64,000 bases of DNA from NCBI RefSeq assembly GCF_009914755.1, contig NC_060930.1, one strand, 5' to 3'. The stretch is from the human T2T-CHM13v2.0 reference genome, Homo sapiens. The notes beneath the pieces were generated by a model. It was not told the DNA's origin. It saw only the letters and a program-made list of their open reading frames with translations, and made no database searches. How positions within the stretch are numbered: the first letter of the stretch is position 1; every line of letters starts with the position of its first letter. Position numbers and translations under genes: made by a program. This document shows positions 48,352 to 62,462 of the stretch, piece by piece.

Positions 48352-48508
48352 CTCCTACAGAAGAATGGTCAGCTGTCCACCATCAATGGCGTAGCTGAGC
48401 AAGATGAGCTCAGCCTCCAGGAGGGTGACCTAAATGGCCAGAAAGGAGCCCTGAACGGTCAAGGAGCCCTAAACAGCCAGGAGGAAGAAGAAGTCATTGT
48501 CACAGAGG
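48352..48508 (+). CDS. AKAP12: Internal coding exon of A-kinase anchor protein 12 (gravin), alpha isoform; 157 nt, phase 0 start, phase 1 end
   Basis: Pyrimidine tract plus acceptor ctttgtcttttccatag| at 48351 and donor G|gtaagc at 48509. Open frame LLQKNGQLSTINGVAEQDELSLQEGDLNGQKGALNGQGALNSQEEEEVIVTE(V) matches the AKAP12 N-terminus as I recall it (...DPATK-LLQKNGQ...VIVTE-VGQRDS...). Confidence 0.97.
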
Positions 48509-49559
48509 GTAAGCCGCCCCTCCAGGAACTGGAAGGCACACAGCACTTGCAACAAACTTTGGACTCAGCAGAAAATACTCTGTCATACTGCCTGGTGGTG
48601 GATTGGTGTTAACAGCAAAAACAATCAATTGGTTACAAAAGGAAGTATTTATCTGACCATTTGGATACCCCCTATACTTAGACCTTGAAGTTATGTTTCC
48701 TTTTTCTTATCTGGAACTTGATGCTTTTTAAATTATTGTTGCTTTGTCCCAACTGCTTGTCTGGAGTTGAATGTGAATTCTTGTTGGAAACAGAAGTCAT
48801 GGTTGCTTTAAAAGAGTCATTATCTCTCCCTCTAGAGAGGAGCCTGCTATACTTGTACAACTCTTTCTGATAGGCGCATTGCAAGGCACGTACCCCTCTT
48901 TGCTTAAACTATGATGTGCTGCGTGTTTTATAGCTCTTGAGCCTAGAGATCTTCGAGGAATGGTTATTGAAGAGTGACCGTTTGGACACAGTATTGGGAT
49001 TTGATTTTTACCCATATAGGGGGTGAGGAACCGTATCTTGAGGTCAGAATTGAGAGCATGTGGCCCAGTAAGTCTCTTGTGAAAAGCGAAAGGCTGCATG
49101 TTGAAGAAGGACCTTGAGCTCGTTGTTCCATTTAATTATAAATAAAGGGATAACCAATAACTGCTATCAAATATATGTAAAATGATGATTCGGCATACGG
49201 TAAATTGATTCGTGTAATATGAATAAGAGAGACAAATGAAGGGAAAAGTCCTTTCACAGGAGATTCAACATCGCCTCACTTAGATGAGATTCTTCAAACA
49301 TGTGGAACCTGTTTTTCTTCTTGTTTGATGCCCCCACAGAGCTGCTTCAAGCAGGGAGCTGCTTTTGAAGTTGGTGGGAATACTTATCTGTATATAGCAC
49401 CACAGGCACAATATAAAGTTAGAAATATACACAGTCTCACAGGCGGAGTATTTGCATGACCTAGTGTGAGAGTTTCAAATAATTTTCACCCAAATGATTG
49501 GAATGGACCCAACTCAAATTCCCAAGTCCAAAGCTTTGTCTTTCCCATGTTAACTTTTG

Positions 49560-50170
49560 AATCAAGTCAAGCACCAGCAACATGTGAGCTTACTATGACC
49601 AAGTCTGTAAGGTTAAGACAAGGCAACTTGGTGACTACCAAATGAATTGTGCAAGGGATGAGAGCTGCAGGGTTCAGGTGGAGCAGTCACTTGAGGTGAG
49701 AGGGGAGATTAGGGGGAGGCTGGATTTAGATGTGTGTAAACAAGGAATGCCAGCAAAAGTGAGGAGAATAATAACAGCCAACACTTTATGTGCTTTTATT
49801 ATAGGGCCCAGAGAGGTGCCTTTTGTGCGTTATCACCTTTAATAGTTACAGCAACCCTATGAAGTAGGTGATATTGTTCCCAAGATGCAAATCCAGATCA
49901 GCAGATTCCAAAACCACTTAACCACTGTGCTCTCACTGTGCCGGGCAGGTTCGGAGGCTGGTGTGTTGGAACAGCCTAGCCCCTGCAAAGAGTTTTTATT
50001 GAAGGGTGTAGAATGAAAGCCCAGAAGGGAAAAGGGGCCAGATAACAGGGCCCTGAAAGCAGAGTGGAGTTTAGAAAGTATTTAGTGGACAACGTGTGAT
50101 CACTGAACTATGCCACCAAAGGGGTGCCGGAGGCTTCTTGTCTGACTTAGGTGATCTGTAGGATGTATAA
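49560..50170 (-). mobile_element. L2/MIR relics
   Basis: ataataacagccaacacttt...aatagttacagcaaccctatgaagtagg (MIR) within purine-rich L2-like sequence. Confidence 0.45.
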
Positions 50171-50462
50171 GAGGAGGGAGGGATGGGGCAGGGACACAGT
50201 TTTTTTCATAGAATCCCAAATAGCCTGGAAATTCTTTTTTAATCTGTGGCATGTTTACTGGAGGTCTTAAGGTTATCTTACCATAGTCCAGATGTGATTT
50301 CTTTTACATTTCAGCCACGTGGGTAAACACTGATTTTCACAGTGAGTGATTCAGTCCCTCCCCTGTGACTATTCCATCGTCTCCCTGAGGTGACCTAGGC
50401 TTCTGACCATGGCCTCAGAGGTCTGAGCAAATATCAAATCCCCCATGCAGGAAGGGTGGTGA

Positions 50463-50779
50463 TTTTTATTTTTTATTTTTTGAGATGGCATCTCAGTCTC
50501 ACTCTGTCGCCCAGGCTGGAGTGCAGTGGCTTGAGCTCGGCTTACTGCAACATCTGCCTCCCCGCGCACATCCCCCGCCTCCGGCTCCAGTGATTCTCCT
50601 GCCTCAGCCTCCTGAGTAGCTGGGACGTGCCACCACACCTGGCTAATTTTTGTATTTTTAGTAGAAATGGGGTTTCACCATGTTGGCCAGGCTGGTTTCG
50701 AACTTCTGACCTCAAGTGATATGCCTGCCTCAGTCCCCCAAAGTGGTGGGATTACGGGTGTGAGCCGCCACGCCCAGCT
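50463..50779 (-). mobile_element. AluS with an internal insertion
   Basis: TSD-like ggaag(g/a)gtggt; extra ccgcgcacatccc at about 50562-50575. Confidence 0.92.
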
Positions 50780-50794
50780 GTGGAAGAGTGGTAA

Positions 50795-51117
<323 letters not shown>

Positions 51118-51462
51118 AATTAATATACCTTGTCCTTCCCAAGATCTTGAAAAGGCCTTGACCTCTAGGAAAAAAGAGCTAGATGTGCCTCCATACCATA
51201 GCCCAGGGCTACAGAGGCTACCCACCAGAGGTGTTTCTGGAGGCCTTACTTTTGGGGTGAGCTTTTGCTGTTTTAGGTCCAACTGCTATTCTCTTGGTTT
51301 ATTAGGTTCTCTGTGGCAACTTGGCATACTCCTTTTGTTTTTTTCTTTCTCTATTTTTTTCTGCCTGGCAGATGATAATTAATAGCCTGACAATGTAAAT
51401 ACAGACAGAATCTTCGTGTTAACTTATTAAACAGCATTTTTCCGTGCTTTTGACATCAGTGA

Positions 51463-51789
<327 letters not shown>

Positions 51790-52683
51790 TAGGCTTTATG
51801 GTTGCTTCCAGAAATCAGAATTCTATATGACAGTTTGCTGTAGGATAGACAAAGGCATAATTTGGCATGTGACACTGACCTGTAGGATTTGGGACACCTT
51901 TGTTTCTACCACTGTCCACTTAAATAAGAAGAGAACTGACCCATTTTGGTCCCTGGGAGGACTGGCCCACAGTGGAATTTGGTCCTGCTGTAGATAAAAT
52001 AGCAAGATCAACTGATGGGAGAAAATAATGAACAAGGGCCATTCCTACTGGAGGGTTTTTACTTTACAGTGGCAGACAAAGCTAGAGGTGAAATTTTTTT
52101 TCCCATTTTGATTCACTTGCTCTTTCTAAAACTGGAAATACTGGTAGTTCAGAACCAACCCTCCTCCTATAATGAAAACAGAATTCTGCTTCTTTGTAAA
52201 CTTTCTTAAATGTTAGAAAGAAGGAACCGCATATAAATATTGTCTAAACTCTACAGCAGGGTCTGATATATGTAGATTTGGGGAGGGGGCTTGATTATGT
52301 CATTTGGTGGACTTCTATAAGAGCATACACAATGAGGCATGGACACAAACATTTATTTATAATGAAAATAAACACAACTAATTACCTTAGCCTTGGCGAG
52401 CAGTCCCTTTCTTCTGAGCTTTGGGATTTTCAGTTTATACAAACAGCTTATATAGAAATGCAACTGGGCTTCCTCTCCCTAACTAAAAAGTGCTGTCATG
52501 CTGTGCTGTTCCCAGCATTCACAGAGACTGCACAAGTGCCATTGGTTTGGGGCAAATCTACTTCTACCGAAAAGATGAAAAAAAAAAAGAAAAAGAAAAG
52601 CTCCCTTTCCGCAACCCAAATTATCAATCGTTTTATAGTCTATGGCTTGTACGGTCTTCTCTTTCTTAAAAACCCAAACAAGA

Positions 52684-52990
52684 GGCTGGGTGCAGTGGCT
52701 CACACCTGTAATCCCAGCACTTTGGGGGGCCGAGGCGAGTGGATCACCTCAGGCCAGGAGGTCCAGACCAGCCTGGCCAACATGGTGAAACCCCGTCTCT
52801 ACTAAAAATACAAAAAATTAGCTGGGCGTGGATGGCAGATGCCTGATATCCCAGCTACTCATGAGGCTGAGGCAGGAGAATCGCTTGAACCCGGAGGCGG
52901 AGGGTGCAGTGAGCTGAGATCACGCCACTGCACTCCAGCCTGGGCAACAAGAGCGAAACTCCATCTCAAAAAAAAAACAAAAACAAAACA
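52684..52990 (+). mobile_element. AluS
   Basis: TSD aaacccaaaca. Confidence 0.95.
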
Positions 52991-53064
52991 GAAACCCAAA
53001 CAGGAATGATTTTTAAAACATTGTATCTTGGGCTGAGACCAATTTTAGATTTAAAAGTTTTGCA

Positions 53065-53167
53065 GGCTGGGGGCGGTGGCTCACGCCTGTAATCACAGCC
53101 CTTGGGGAGGTCGAGGCTGGGGTCCAGGATTTTGAGATCAGCCAACGTGGCGAAACCCTGTCTCTAT
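53065..53167 (+). mobile_element. Alu left-monomer fragment
   Basis: ggctgggggcggtggctcacgcctgtaatc...aaaccctgtctcta. Confidence 0.8.
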
Positions 53168-53579
53168 ATTTTTTTTAACTTTAGGTAATTAGAACAACTT
53201 TGAAATTTAAACGTGAAATTCAATCTTAGTATCTGTTAGGCAGATGATTTTTTTTTCCCCGAACAGTTGAGGAAAATCAGTTACTCAAAAAGCAACACCT
53301 TATTTATTTTGATAATAGCATATTTGATTTTGAAATAAAGTGTCTGCAAAACTCATTGCCATATACAAGTAATCCAGTGATTATCTCAGGTCTTCATCCA
53401 TTTGAATTAATCACTTACAATGCAGTTATTTGTTTTCTTTTTGAGATTTGCGTCTCTGCAGAGTACGTACAGCAAACATTTTAAAGCATGTGAAAACCAG
53501 CTTTTCTCCAACCTTCACAGGTCACATTTGTTTCTGTGAGCAAACAGACAATGGCAATCTTTTCCTTAGCTTTAGAAAG

Positions 53580-53871
53580 TTTTTTTTTTAAAGAGGCCCT
53601 TGCTCTGTCACCCAGGTCAGAGTGCAGTAGTGCAATCATGGTTCGACGTAGCCTCAAACTTCTGGGCACATGTGATCCTCCTGGCTCAGCCTTCCCAGTA
53701 GTTAAGACTAGAGGCATGTGCCACTGCGCCAGATAGTTCTTTAAAATGCTTTTGTAGAAACAGGTTCTTGCCATGTTGCCCAGGCTGGTCTCAAATTCTT
53801 GGCTTCAAGCTTCCTTCCACGTCAGCCTCCCAAAGTCTTGGGACTACAGAAGTGAGCCACCACAGCCAGCC
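53580..53871 (-). mobile_element. AluJ
   Basis: Diverged antisense Alu. Confidence 0.9.
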
Positions 53872-54791
53872 TTAAGTAATTTCTGTTCACACCTCTTGTG
53901 TACCCAGAGTTGAGGATATTTACACCAGCAGCAATGGAGCAGGAAGCAGCTGGGTGCTCTGACCTTGGCATTTGCCACTCTGGGGCTAGCTGCTTTAAAA
54001 CTGTCAGCCAGTGACCAGATGAACCAGGCCTTGTTACACTAATCAGATAACGGTATAGAGGCGGCTCCCGGTGTGTGCACGTGGACCGCCACTGTGACAC
54101 CAGCTGTGATCACACCCCCCACCCCCGGGGAAAAATGAGAAACAAAAACCCTCAAAATGCTGTCACTTAAAGCAGAAGTCTTTGAGGGGATGTATTTCTT
54201 AACGTTTTACAGGATTCCACTTTTCTACATCTGAGTATTTTCCCCCAGATATAGTAACAAATACAACACTTTAGAGAATTTCATTTTTCTAATGGCGCTT
54301 AATGTCATCGTCTGCTTTTATTAAATTTGCCATTTGAACCCACCAGCTCCTGGTGTACAGTTCCTCTGGGAAACAGAAAGGCCGAAAGATTACCGCCAGA
54401 TAATCCCAGCCCTCCCTAAAGATCTTGTTACCTTATAGAAAATCCATTCTGAGTTAAAAGTCGTTCTTCTTTGCTTTGAACATTTAATAACTTTATCTGT
54501 ATAGTAGGCACCCTAAGACCTGCTCTGAGCCTCTTCAAAGATGACTCCCCCACCCCATACCTGTTTCCTCTGCAAGAGGCTGCTTTCTCTGCCCAGAAGG
54601 AATATTTTTATGATTTGATTCCTTTTCTATTTCAGTTTTCAAATTGTGACATCATTGGTATCTTGTTAGAAGTGCCTGTCACCCACATTACAGCCCTCCA
54701 CTCCTCCTTTCCTTTTCTCTACACCAGTTGTTAACATCTGGCATTTGACATCTGTCTCTCACCCACACTTTGGCTAAAATATAAGAATCAA

Positions 54792-55092
54792 GCCCAGGTG
54801 CGGTGACTTACAACGGTAATCCCAGCACTTTGGGAGGCCGAGGAGGGCGGATCACTTGAGCCCAGGAGTTCGAGACCAATCTGGGAAGCATAGTGAGACC
54901 CTTGTCTCTACGAACGTTTAAAAAAATTAGCTGGACGTGGTGGTGCACGCCTGTATTCCTAGTTGCTTGGGAGGCTAAGGTGGGAGGATCGCTTGACTTG
55001 AGCCCAGGAGTTTGAGGCTGCAGTGAGCCATGATTGCACCACTGTACCAGCCTGGGCAACAGATTGAGACCCTGTCTCAAAAAATAAAATAA
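54792..55092 (+). mobile_element. AluJ
   Basis: TSD aaaatataagaatca. Confidence 0.93.
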
Positions 55093-55112
55093 AATATAAG
55101 AATCATGAGGAC

Positions 55113-55413
<301 letters not shown>

Positions 55414-55424
55414 AGAATCATGAG

Positions 55425-55575
55425 GGCAGAGTTTTCTTGGGATGGGGATTCGGAGGGTGGTCCATGGCAGGAGATGGGGTGAGGGGGGCTGTTTAGTTCA
55501 GTGCTGAATCCTCTGAGCCTGGACCAGTAGCTGGAACAGAGGTAGCGCTCAGCAAATATATGAATAAATGAAGAC
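55425..55575 (+). mobile_element. L2 3' end
   Basis: gagggcagag...gtttagttcagtgctg...gtagcgctcagcaaatatatgaataaatgaa (L2 terminal repeat). Confidence 0.6.
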
Positions 55576-56632
55576 ACAGTTTTCAGTTGGAGTTCACAGT
55601 ATTACATTTATAATCATCTAGGTGAGGAGGAGCTGTTGGCTTTAACTCTGTATCAATTCATTTCCTGCTTAAAGACTGCGGCTTTGTACATTTTATCCAA
55701 GGCTCTCTTTCCTTTGTTGCATCAGCACTGACAAAGCCAGACCCTTTCCAGGATCGCACCATGCTGGGTTCTCACAGGTGCTTGCTGTTGGTTAGCCAGG
55801 TGTTGCCTGGAAACATGAAATAGGACCCTGACCTGCACGTGATTAAATGTGGATTCCTAGTAACGCTATCAAACACAAGTGCCCAATAGATAAAGAGAGG
55901 GGTCCCCTTGCACACACTTTGGTATTTCAAATACAATATTATTGCATGACATTTTCTCAAGCTGTATCCTGTTTTGTAATGTTTTGAAGACTGGAGGGAA
56001 CACACACAAAATAGGCCTTGAACTTAGGTAAAAGTACTATGCTATGCGATTTCTGGGAACTGGTTTTAATTCATTCTCCTGCTCTGCAGCAATTGTTTTT
56101 AGTGTGGCTGCACTGAAATTACTTATGTCATTGACAAATTTCTGGTCCAAATATTTCACTGCCTTCATCCTTAAAGAAACAGAGATTTATTTTCCTGTAA
56201 TCAGCAGTCAAGATGTTTTTCTCTGAACTATATTCAAGTCTGACAGTGCAGTGAACTTTTTTTCCTTCTGACTTAACAAAAGGAGTGAGGAAGAAGGACA
56301 GCAAGACTTCTGTTCACCCTTTCTCCCCTTCGTAAATCAACTAATTCTAGGGCGCTAGACACGGCTAAGACTGCTTTAATTACTACTTTTTGCGTGATCT
56401 TGATTTGAATACATTTCTTTATCTCATTGCAAGTCAGTTTTCATCTATGAAATGAGCATCCCCACCCATCTCCGAAATTCTGTGGCTAATATCAATATGA
56501 CTAGTTATATGGGTACTAAAAATGAAATAGTGGATTAGCTAATGAAGACACCCAAGCGACCTGAAGCAGGCAGCAATCCACTTGGTAATTCCGTTATGCC
56601 TTTTTATAAAAATACTTTTATGGCTTTTCTAA

Positions 56633-56929
56633 TTTTTTTTTTTTTTTCGGAGACAGAGTCTCCGAACTCTCCCAGGCTGAAGTACAGTGGTGCAGTCTCA
56701 GCTCACTGCAACCTCTGCCTCCTGGGTTCAAGCAATTCTCATGCCTCAGGCTCCTGAGTAGCTGGAATTACAGGCGTGCACCACCACGCCCAGCTAATTT
56801 TTGTATTTTAGTAGAGATGGGGTTTTGCCATGTTGACCATGGCTGGTCTCAAACTCGTAACCTCAAGTCATCCACCCACTTCAGCCTCCCAAGTGCTGGG
56901 ATTACAGGCATGAGCCACCGCACCCGGCC
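56633..56929 (-). mobile_element. AluS
   Basis: Antisense Alu; TSD tctaat. Confidence 0.93.
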
Positions 56930-57376
56930 TCTAATCTGATCTTAAAAGCCATTTTCTATATTTGAAGTTTTAATTTAATTAAACAAAAAGTTCAAGGGGG
57001 GAATTTTATTCAAAAATATCTTGAAACATAATCCTCTTGGTGTCAAAGAATAAGATAAATCCCTTCACAAATGTGGCCACTAAACGTCATCCTCTCATCC
57101 CCCCATATGTGTTCTGCTGAATGACTGGCGGTCAGGACTATGTAATAGGGATTGGTTATAGCCAGGGATGGGGGAAAGAAGTTGGTAAATGCCATAGCTG
57201 CTTGCCCTAAAGATTTTCAGTCAGCCTTGGAGATGTTACCTATAAATCTCTATAGTTCGGAGGCCACTCAAGTCCACTTTCAAATTGGGTCCATGTTCTG
57301 GCCCATTTGAGAAGGAGCCAGGCAAGTCAGCCTGTAGGCTTGCCCAAGTAACAGTCTAAGAATTAGGCCCTTTTCT

Positions 57377-57743
<367 letters not shown>

Positions 57744-57772
57744 CTAATGGAGACATGCAATTATTTTAGCTG

Positions 57773-58143
57773 TGTCTTAGTCCGTTCAGGCTGTTGTAAC
57801 AAAATACCTTAGACCAGGTAATTTATAAGCAACAGAAATTTATTACTTATAGTTCTGGAGGCTGGGAAGTCCCAGATCAAGGCACCAACAGAATCAGAGT
57901 CTTGTGAGGTCCCACTTTCTCTGGATGGTGCCACCTATGTGTTCTCATGTGGCAGAAGGGCAGAGGGGACAAACAAACACCCTTAAGCCTCTTATATGAG
58001 GGCACTAATCCCATTCATGAGTGCTCCATCCTGAGGCTGATCACCTCCCAAAGGCCCCACCCTCTAATATCATCACCTTGGTGATTAGGTTTCAACATAT
58101 GAAATTTTTTGTGGGGAGGGACACAAACATTCAGACTGTAGTG
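57773..58143 (-). mobile_element. MST/MLT1A-type (ERVL-MaLR) solo LTR
   Basis: tgtcttagtccgttcaggctg...acagaaatttatt...agttctggaggctgggaagtccc...ggcactaatcccattcatgag...ggacacaaacattcagac are MaLR hallmarks. Confidence 0.85.
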
Positions 58144-58297
58144 GCTGTTTTATTTATGGAATGAAAATCTTTTAGGCATTTTCTCAAGGACTGACTCACC
58201 TTGAGTGTAAAACAATTTCAGTGTCACCTAATTTATAGTAACTTTTACATGATTAAGGCAATGATATAGTCTAGAGCATGATGTCCCTGTATTATAG

Positions 58298-58656
58298 TGT
58301 ATTGGTCCATTCTCACACTGTTATAAAGAACTGCCCAAGACTGGGTAGTTTATAAAGGAAAGAGGTTTAATTGACTCACAGTTCTGCAGGGGCGGGGAGG
58401 CCTCAGGAAACTTAACAATAATGGCGGTCCTTCTTCACATGGCAGCAGGAAGGAGAAGTGGCGAGCAAAAGGGGGAAGAACCCCTTATAAAACCACCAGA
58501 TCTCATGAGAACTCACTCACTATCATGAGAACAGCATGAGGGTAACTGCCCCCATGATTAAATTTCCTCCCACTGAGTTCCTCCCATTAAACATGGGGAT
58601 TATGGGAACTACAAGTCAAGATGAGATTTGGGTGGGGACACAGACAAACCATATCA
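58298..58656 (-). mobile_element. THE1-family (ERVL-MaLR) solo LTR
   Basis: TG...CA ends (tgtattggtccattctcac ... gagatttgggtggggacacagacaaaccatatca); perfect 5-bp TSD tatag at 58293-58297 and 58657-58661. Confidence 0.92.
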
Positions 58657-58971
58657 TATAGAAAAGGATGCTTTGATAATGTCTGAAGATATATTCTCTG
58701 GGCTTAAAATTCAACAACTGTTTAGCCTGTTAATCAAGATTTATTCCTGCATATCATGCTTCGAATTGTTTTCAAATTGCTCTTTACTTCAAGTATCAGT
58801 ATAGCCTGATATTCCTCCGACCTCTAGTGTTAACCAGTGCATGCATTAGTCATTCAGGTGAAAAGTGCTATGTGCTAGATTGAATTAATTGAGTGAACTG
58901 GTTGCTTTCATGTGTCTTAACATGGACGTGCAATATTTAGACCAACCGCAGGCATAAGGTCATTATCCCCC

Positions 58972-59669
<698 letters not shown>

Positions 59670-59739
59670 CCGCCTCCATGAGTGATCCACTGGAAATTCA
59701 CATTTGGGAGCAGAGAAATGTTAGTAGAAGGGAGCTTTG

Positions 59740-60010
59740 AGGCTCTGAACCAGGAGCCTACCCCTGTGCAGGAGGCTCTTCTGCTTAACCACTTGAAGGT
59801 TTGCGGAGTTTTCTCCATAAAAGGAAGCCATTTATTCCTCTGGAGCTAAAATATGCCTCCCTCCAACTGCTCTTCTCTGTTCCCAGGGCTGCCTTGTGGA
59901 ACTACAGAGAATAAACTCACCTCCTTTTTCCACATGGCAGCCCTCTAAGTATTTGAAAACATTTATCATGTCTTTCCTTTAATCTTTTCTTCTCTAGGCA
60001 AAACATCTCC
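59740..60010 (-). mobile_element. Ancient CR1/L3-like LINE fragment
   Basis: ccacatggcagccctctaagtatttgaaaac...atcatgtc...aatcttttcttctctaggcaaaacatc resembles antisense L3. Confidence 0.5.
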
Positions 60011-60592
60011 CGAGAAAATAACCTGTCTCACATTAAAAGAAAAACTCCAGGGCTTATATATATTTCAGACAGGAATGTGCTTGATGGAAGCTTGCCAAAC
60101 ATCACTGGGTTTCAATTTCAGTATCCCCAGTTTTAAGAACCATTTCTTTCTCAGACTCTTTAAAACATGAGAACAACTTAGTTTGCTTTAAGCCAAATAT
60201 TATATACTGAAAGAATTGACTGGAGGACATGAGTCATTGATACTGAAGTATGTGACTGCTGGTATAAGGGAATCCCTTACCTCAAGGATGTTGCAAAATG
60301 AGCTGAAGTCAAATAAAGTGAAGAAAACATCAATATATGTTGACATGGATTCCTAACCCTGGAATGATCAGTCACCCTTCTGGTACTTCACTCAACAAGA
60401 TGATTAGCATACAGCCTTACACAAAGCAGTAGCTAGAGATTAGAGCAAGAGAATTCCTGCTTTCCAGATAACTGTTAGCTGTAAATAAAGTGGCAGATTG
60501 ATAGTGTCCAACCAAATAGTCAGGGAGCAGAGCCAAGGTTTGCTCTCAAGCAGCCTCCTGCCAAGCCCTGTGACCTCACCGTGTAAGCTTAG

Positions 60593-60925
60593 CATTATGG
60601 ACTGAAGGTTTGTGTCCCCCTAAACGTACATGTCGAAATCCTAACTCTAAGGTGATGTGGTATTTGGAGGGAAAGCCTTTGTGAGGTACTTAGGTCATGA
60701 GGGTGGAGCCCTCATGAATGGGATTAGTGTCCTTCCCTTTCACCATGTGAGGTTACAGGGAGCAGTCTGCAGTCCAGAAGAATCCAGGATTACCAGATCC
60801 CAACCACACTGGCCTCCTGATCTCTGACTTTCAGCCTGCAGGATTGTGGAAAATAAAAGTGTTCCTTGTTTATAAGCCACCTGGTTTATATGGTGCTTTT
60901 ATAGCAGCCCAAATGGACTAGGACA
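60593..60925 (+). mobile_element. MLT1A-type solo LTR
   Basis: tatggactgaaggtttgtgtcccc...ggtcatgagggtggagccctcatgaatgggattagtg...ttgtttataagccac...atagcagcccaaatggactaggaca. Confidence 0.85.
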
Positions 60926-61229
60926 ATGAACAAAAAGTATGATGTCTTCTCATGCTTGTCAAAATCCTGGTCCTAAGTATTCCCCTAATCAAGTCCATTT
61001 CTGTTGAGTATGTTCAAATACCTTAGGATTCTTTGTCAGTGTTATCTTGATAGATGTCTGGCCATTGGAATCTGATGCTGTTTCGAGTCTTCATCCCTTA
61101 TGTAGCTCATGGACTCCTTTTGGTCTTCAGTTTTCTGAATATCTTGTAATGAGGACTCTCCACGTGAATCCGTTTCCATTCAATGTGCGGGGTTCTTTGA
61201 GCTCTTTCGGTCTAGAAACTCATACACTT

Positions 61230-61532
61230 GGCTGGATGCAGTGGCTCATGCCTGTAATTCCAGTGCTCTGGGAGGCCAAGGTGGGAGGATCACTTGAGCC
61301 CAGGGGTTTGAGACTAGCCTGGGCAACACAGCAAGACCCCGTCTCTACAAAAAAATAAAAATAAAAAAATTATCTAGGTGTGGTGTTGCATGCCTGTAGT
61401 TCCAGCTACTCCAGAGGCTCAGGCAGGAGAATCGCTTGAGCCCAGGAGGTTGAGGTTACAATGAATCTCACCATTTACACTCTAGCCTGGGTGACAGAGT
61501 GAGACCCTGTCTCTAAGAAAAGAAAAGAAAAA
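61230..61532 (+). mobile_element. AluJ
   Basis: Sense Alu with J-type features. Confidence 0.92.
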
Positions 61533-61931
61533 TTCATGTACCTCATTTCTGGGAAATTTTTTTACATATATCTATACCTTTTCATTTGGTCTATTTCATA
61601 GAGTTGCCTAGGTAAAGAAATAAATATATGTGGACTCAAGGAGAGAAATAATATTTATTCTACATCACTTTTATTATTTGAGTTTTTAATGTTTATTTTC
61701 CCGTTGCTTTTTAAAGTGATTTTAAAATTCTCTTTTAGTGTTTCTGTTGTATCATAACAATTCCTTTGAGGAACTATTCTTCAGAGTATTTATCTTGGAT
61801 TTTGAATAGCAATAACCATGTCTATACAAACATGTCCAGTTCAACTGGACCATAAAACTCAATTAGTTGATATTTATCTATGTGCATAGCATGCAGCAGA
61901 GAGCCTGCCCATCCTGTAGATAACCTGACAG

Positions 61932-62011
61932 TGTCATTTAGATTCAGGGTGTGTATAGATAGATAGATACAGACAGATATCTATCTATACACACCCTGAA
62001 TCTAAATGACA
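61932..62011. repeat. Perfect inverted repeat, 34-bp arms, 12-nt spacer
   Basis: tgtcatttagattcagggtgtgtatagatagata (61932-61965) is the exact reverse complement of 61978-62011. Confidence 0.97.
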
Positions 62012-62019
62012 GGTGTCTG

Positions 62020-62067
<48 letters not shown>
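62020..62067. repeat. (TCTA)n STR
   Basis: About 11-12 units between two palindromes. Confidence 0.95.
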
Positions 62068-62089
62068 CTATCTATACCTATCTAGATAT

Positions 62090-62157
62090 AGATATATCTC
62101 TATATAGATATATATATATATAGATATATATATATATATCTATATAGAGATATATCT
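62090..62157. repeat. AT-rich palindrome, 33-bp arms, 2-nt centre
   Basis: Checked base by base: 62090-62122 pairs with 62125-62157. Confidence 0.95.
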
Positions 62158-62235
62158 CCTCTTTTACAGTTATCCAATTTGGAGCTGTATTTCACTCAAC
62201 TTTAAATTATCTTGGAGCATTTCAAAGGAATAACA

Positions 62236-62462
62236 GGAGGTGAGGTCACCCCACTGATTGCCAGGGTTGACTTGGCTGATCGGGCTGGCTAGGCGGGTGT
62301 CCCCTTCTTCCCTCACCACTCCATGGGCGTCCCTCCCGAAGCTGCACACTTGGTTGAAGAGGATGACCATCCCTGATAGAGGAGGACTGGTCTTCGGTCA
62401 AGGGTGTACAAGTAGCTGCGCTCCCCTGCTAGAACCTCCAAACACGCACTCAAGGTCCATTT
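62236..62462 (+). pseudogene. 7SK snRNA (RN7SK) retropseudogene, 3'-truncated and tailless
   Basis: ggaggtgagg-[about 20 nt deleted]-tcaccccactgattgccagggttgacttggctgatcgggctggctaggcgggtgtcccc...ctcaaggtccattt matches the first ~250 nt of 7SK; direct repeats aaaggaataaca(g) at 62224-62236 and 62463-62475. Confidence 0.95.

Noticed and set aside
48497-48688. ORF overlapping the end of the AKAP12 exon
   Set aside because: Different frame and runs through the splice donor into intron.
52278-52805. Longest ORF (175 aa)
   Set aside because: Non-ATG start, a poly-K stretch from an A tract, and it ends inside an Alu; no recognisable protein.
54050-54130. Small CpG-rich patch with a CACGTG E-box
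   Set aside because: Far too short for a CpG island or promoter call.
59815-59824. CArG box CCATAAAAGG (another, CCTATTTTGG, at 12547-12556)
   Set aside because: Both lie in old LINE fragments, and a few such matches are expected by chance in 64 kb of AT-rich DNA.
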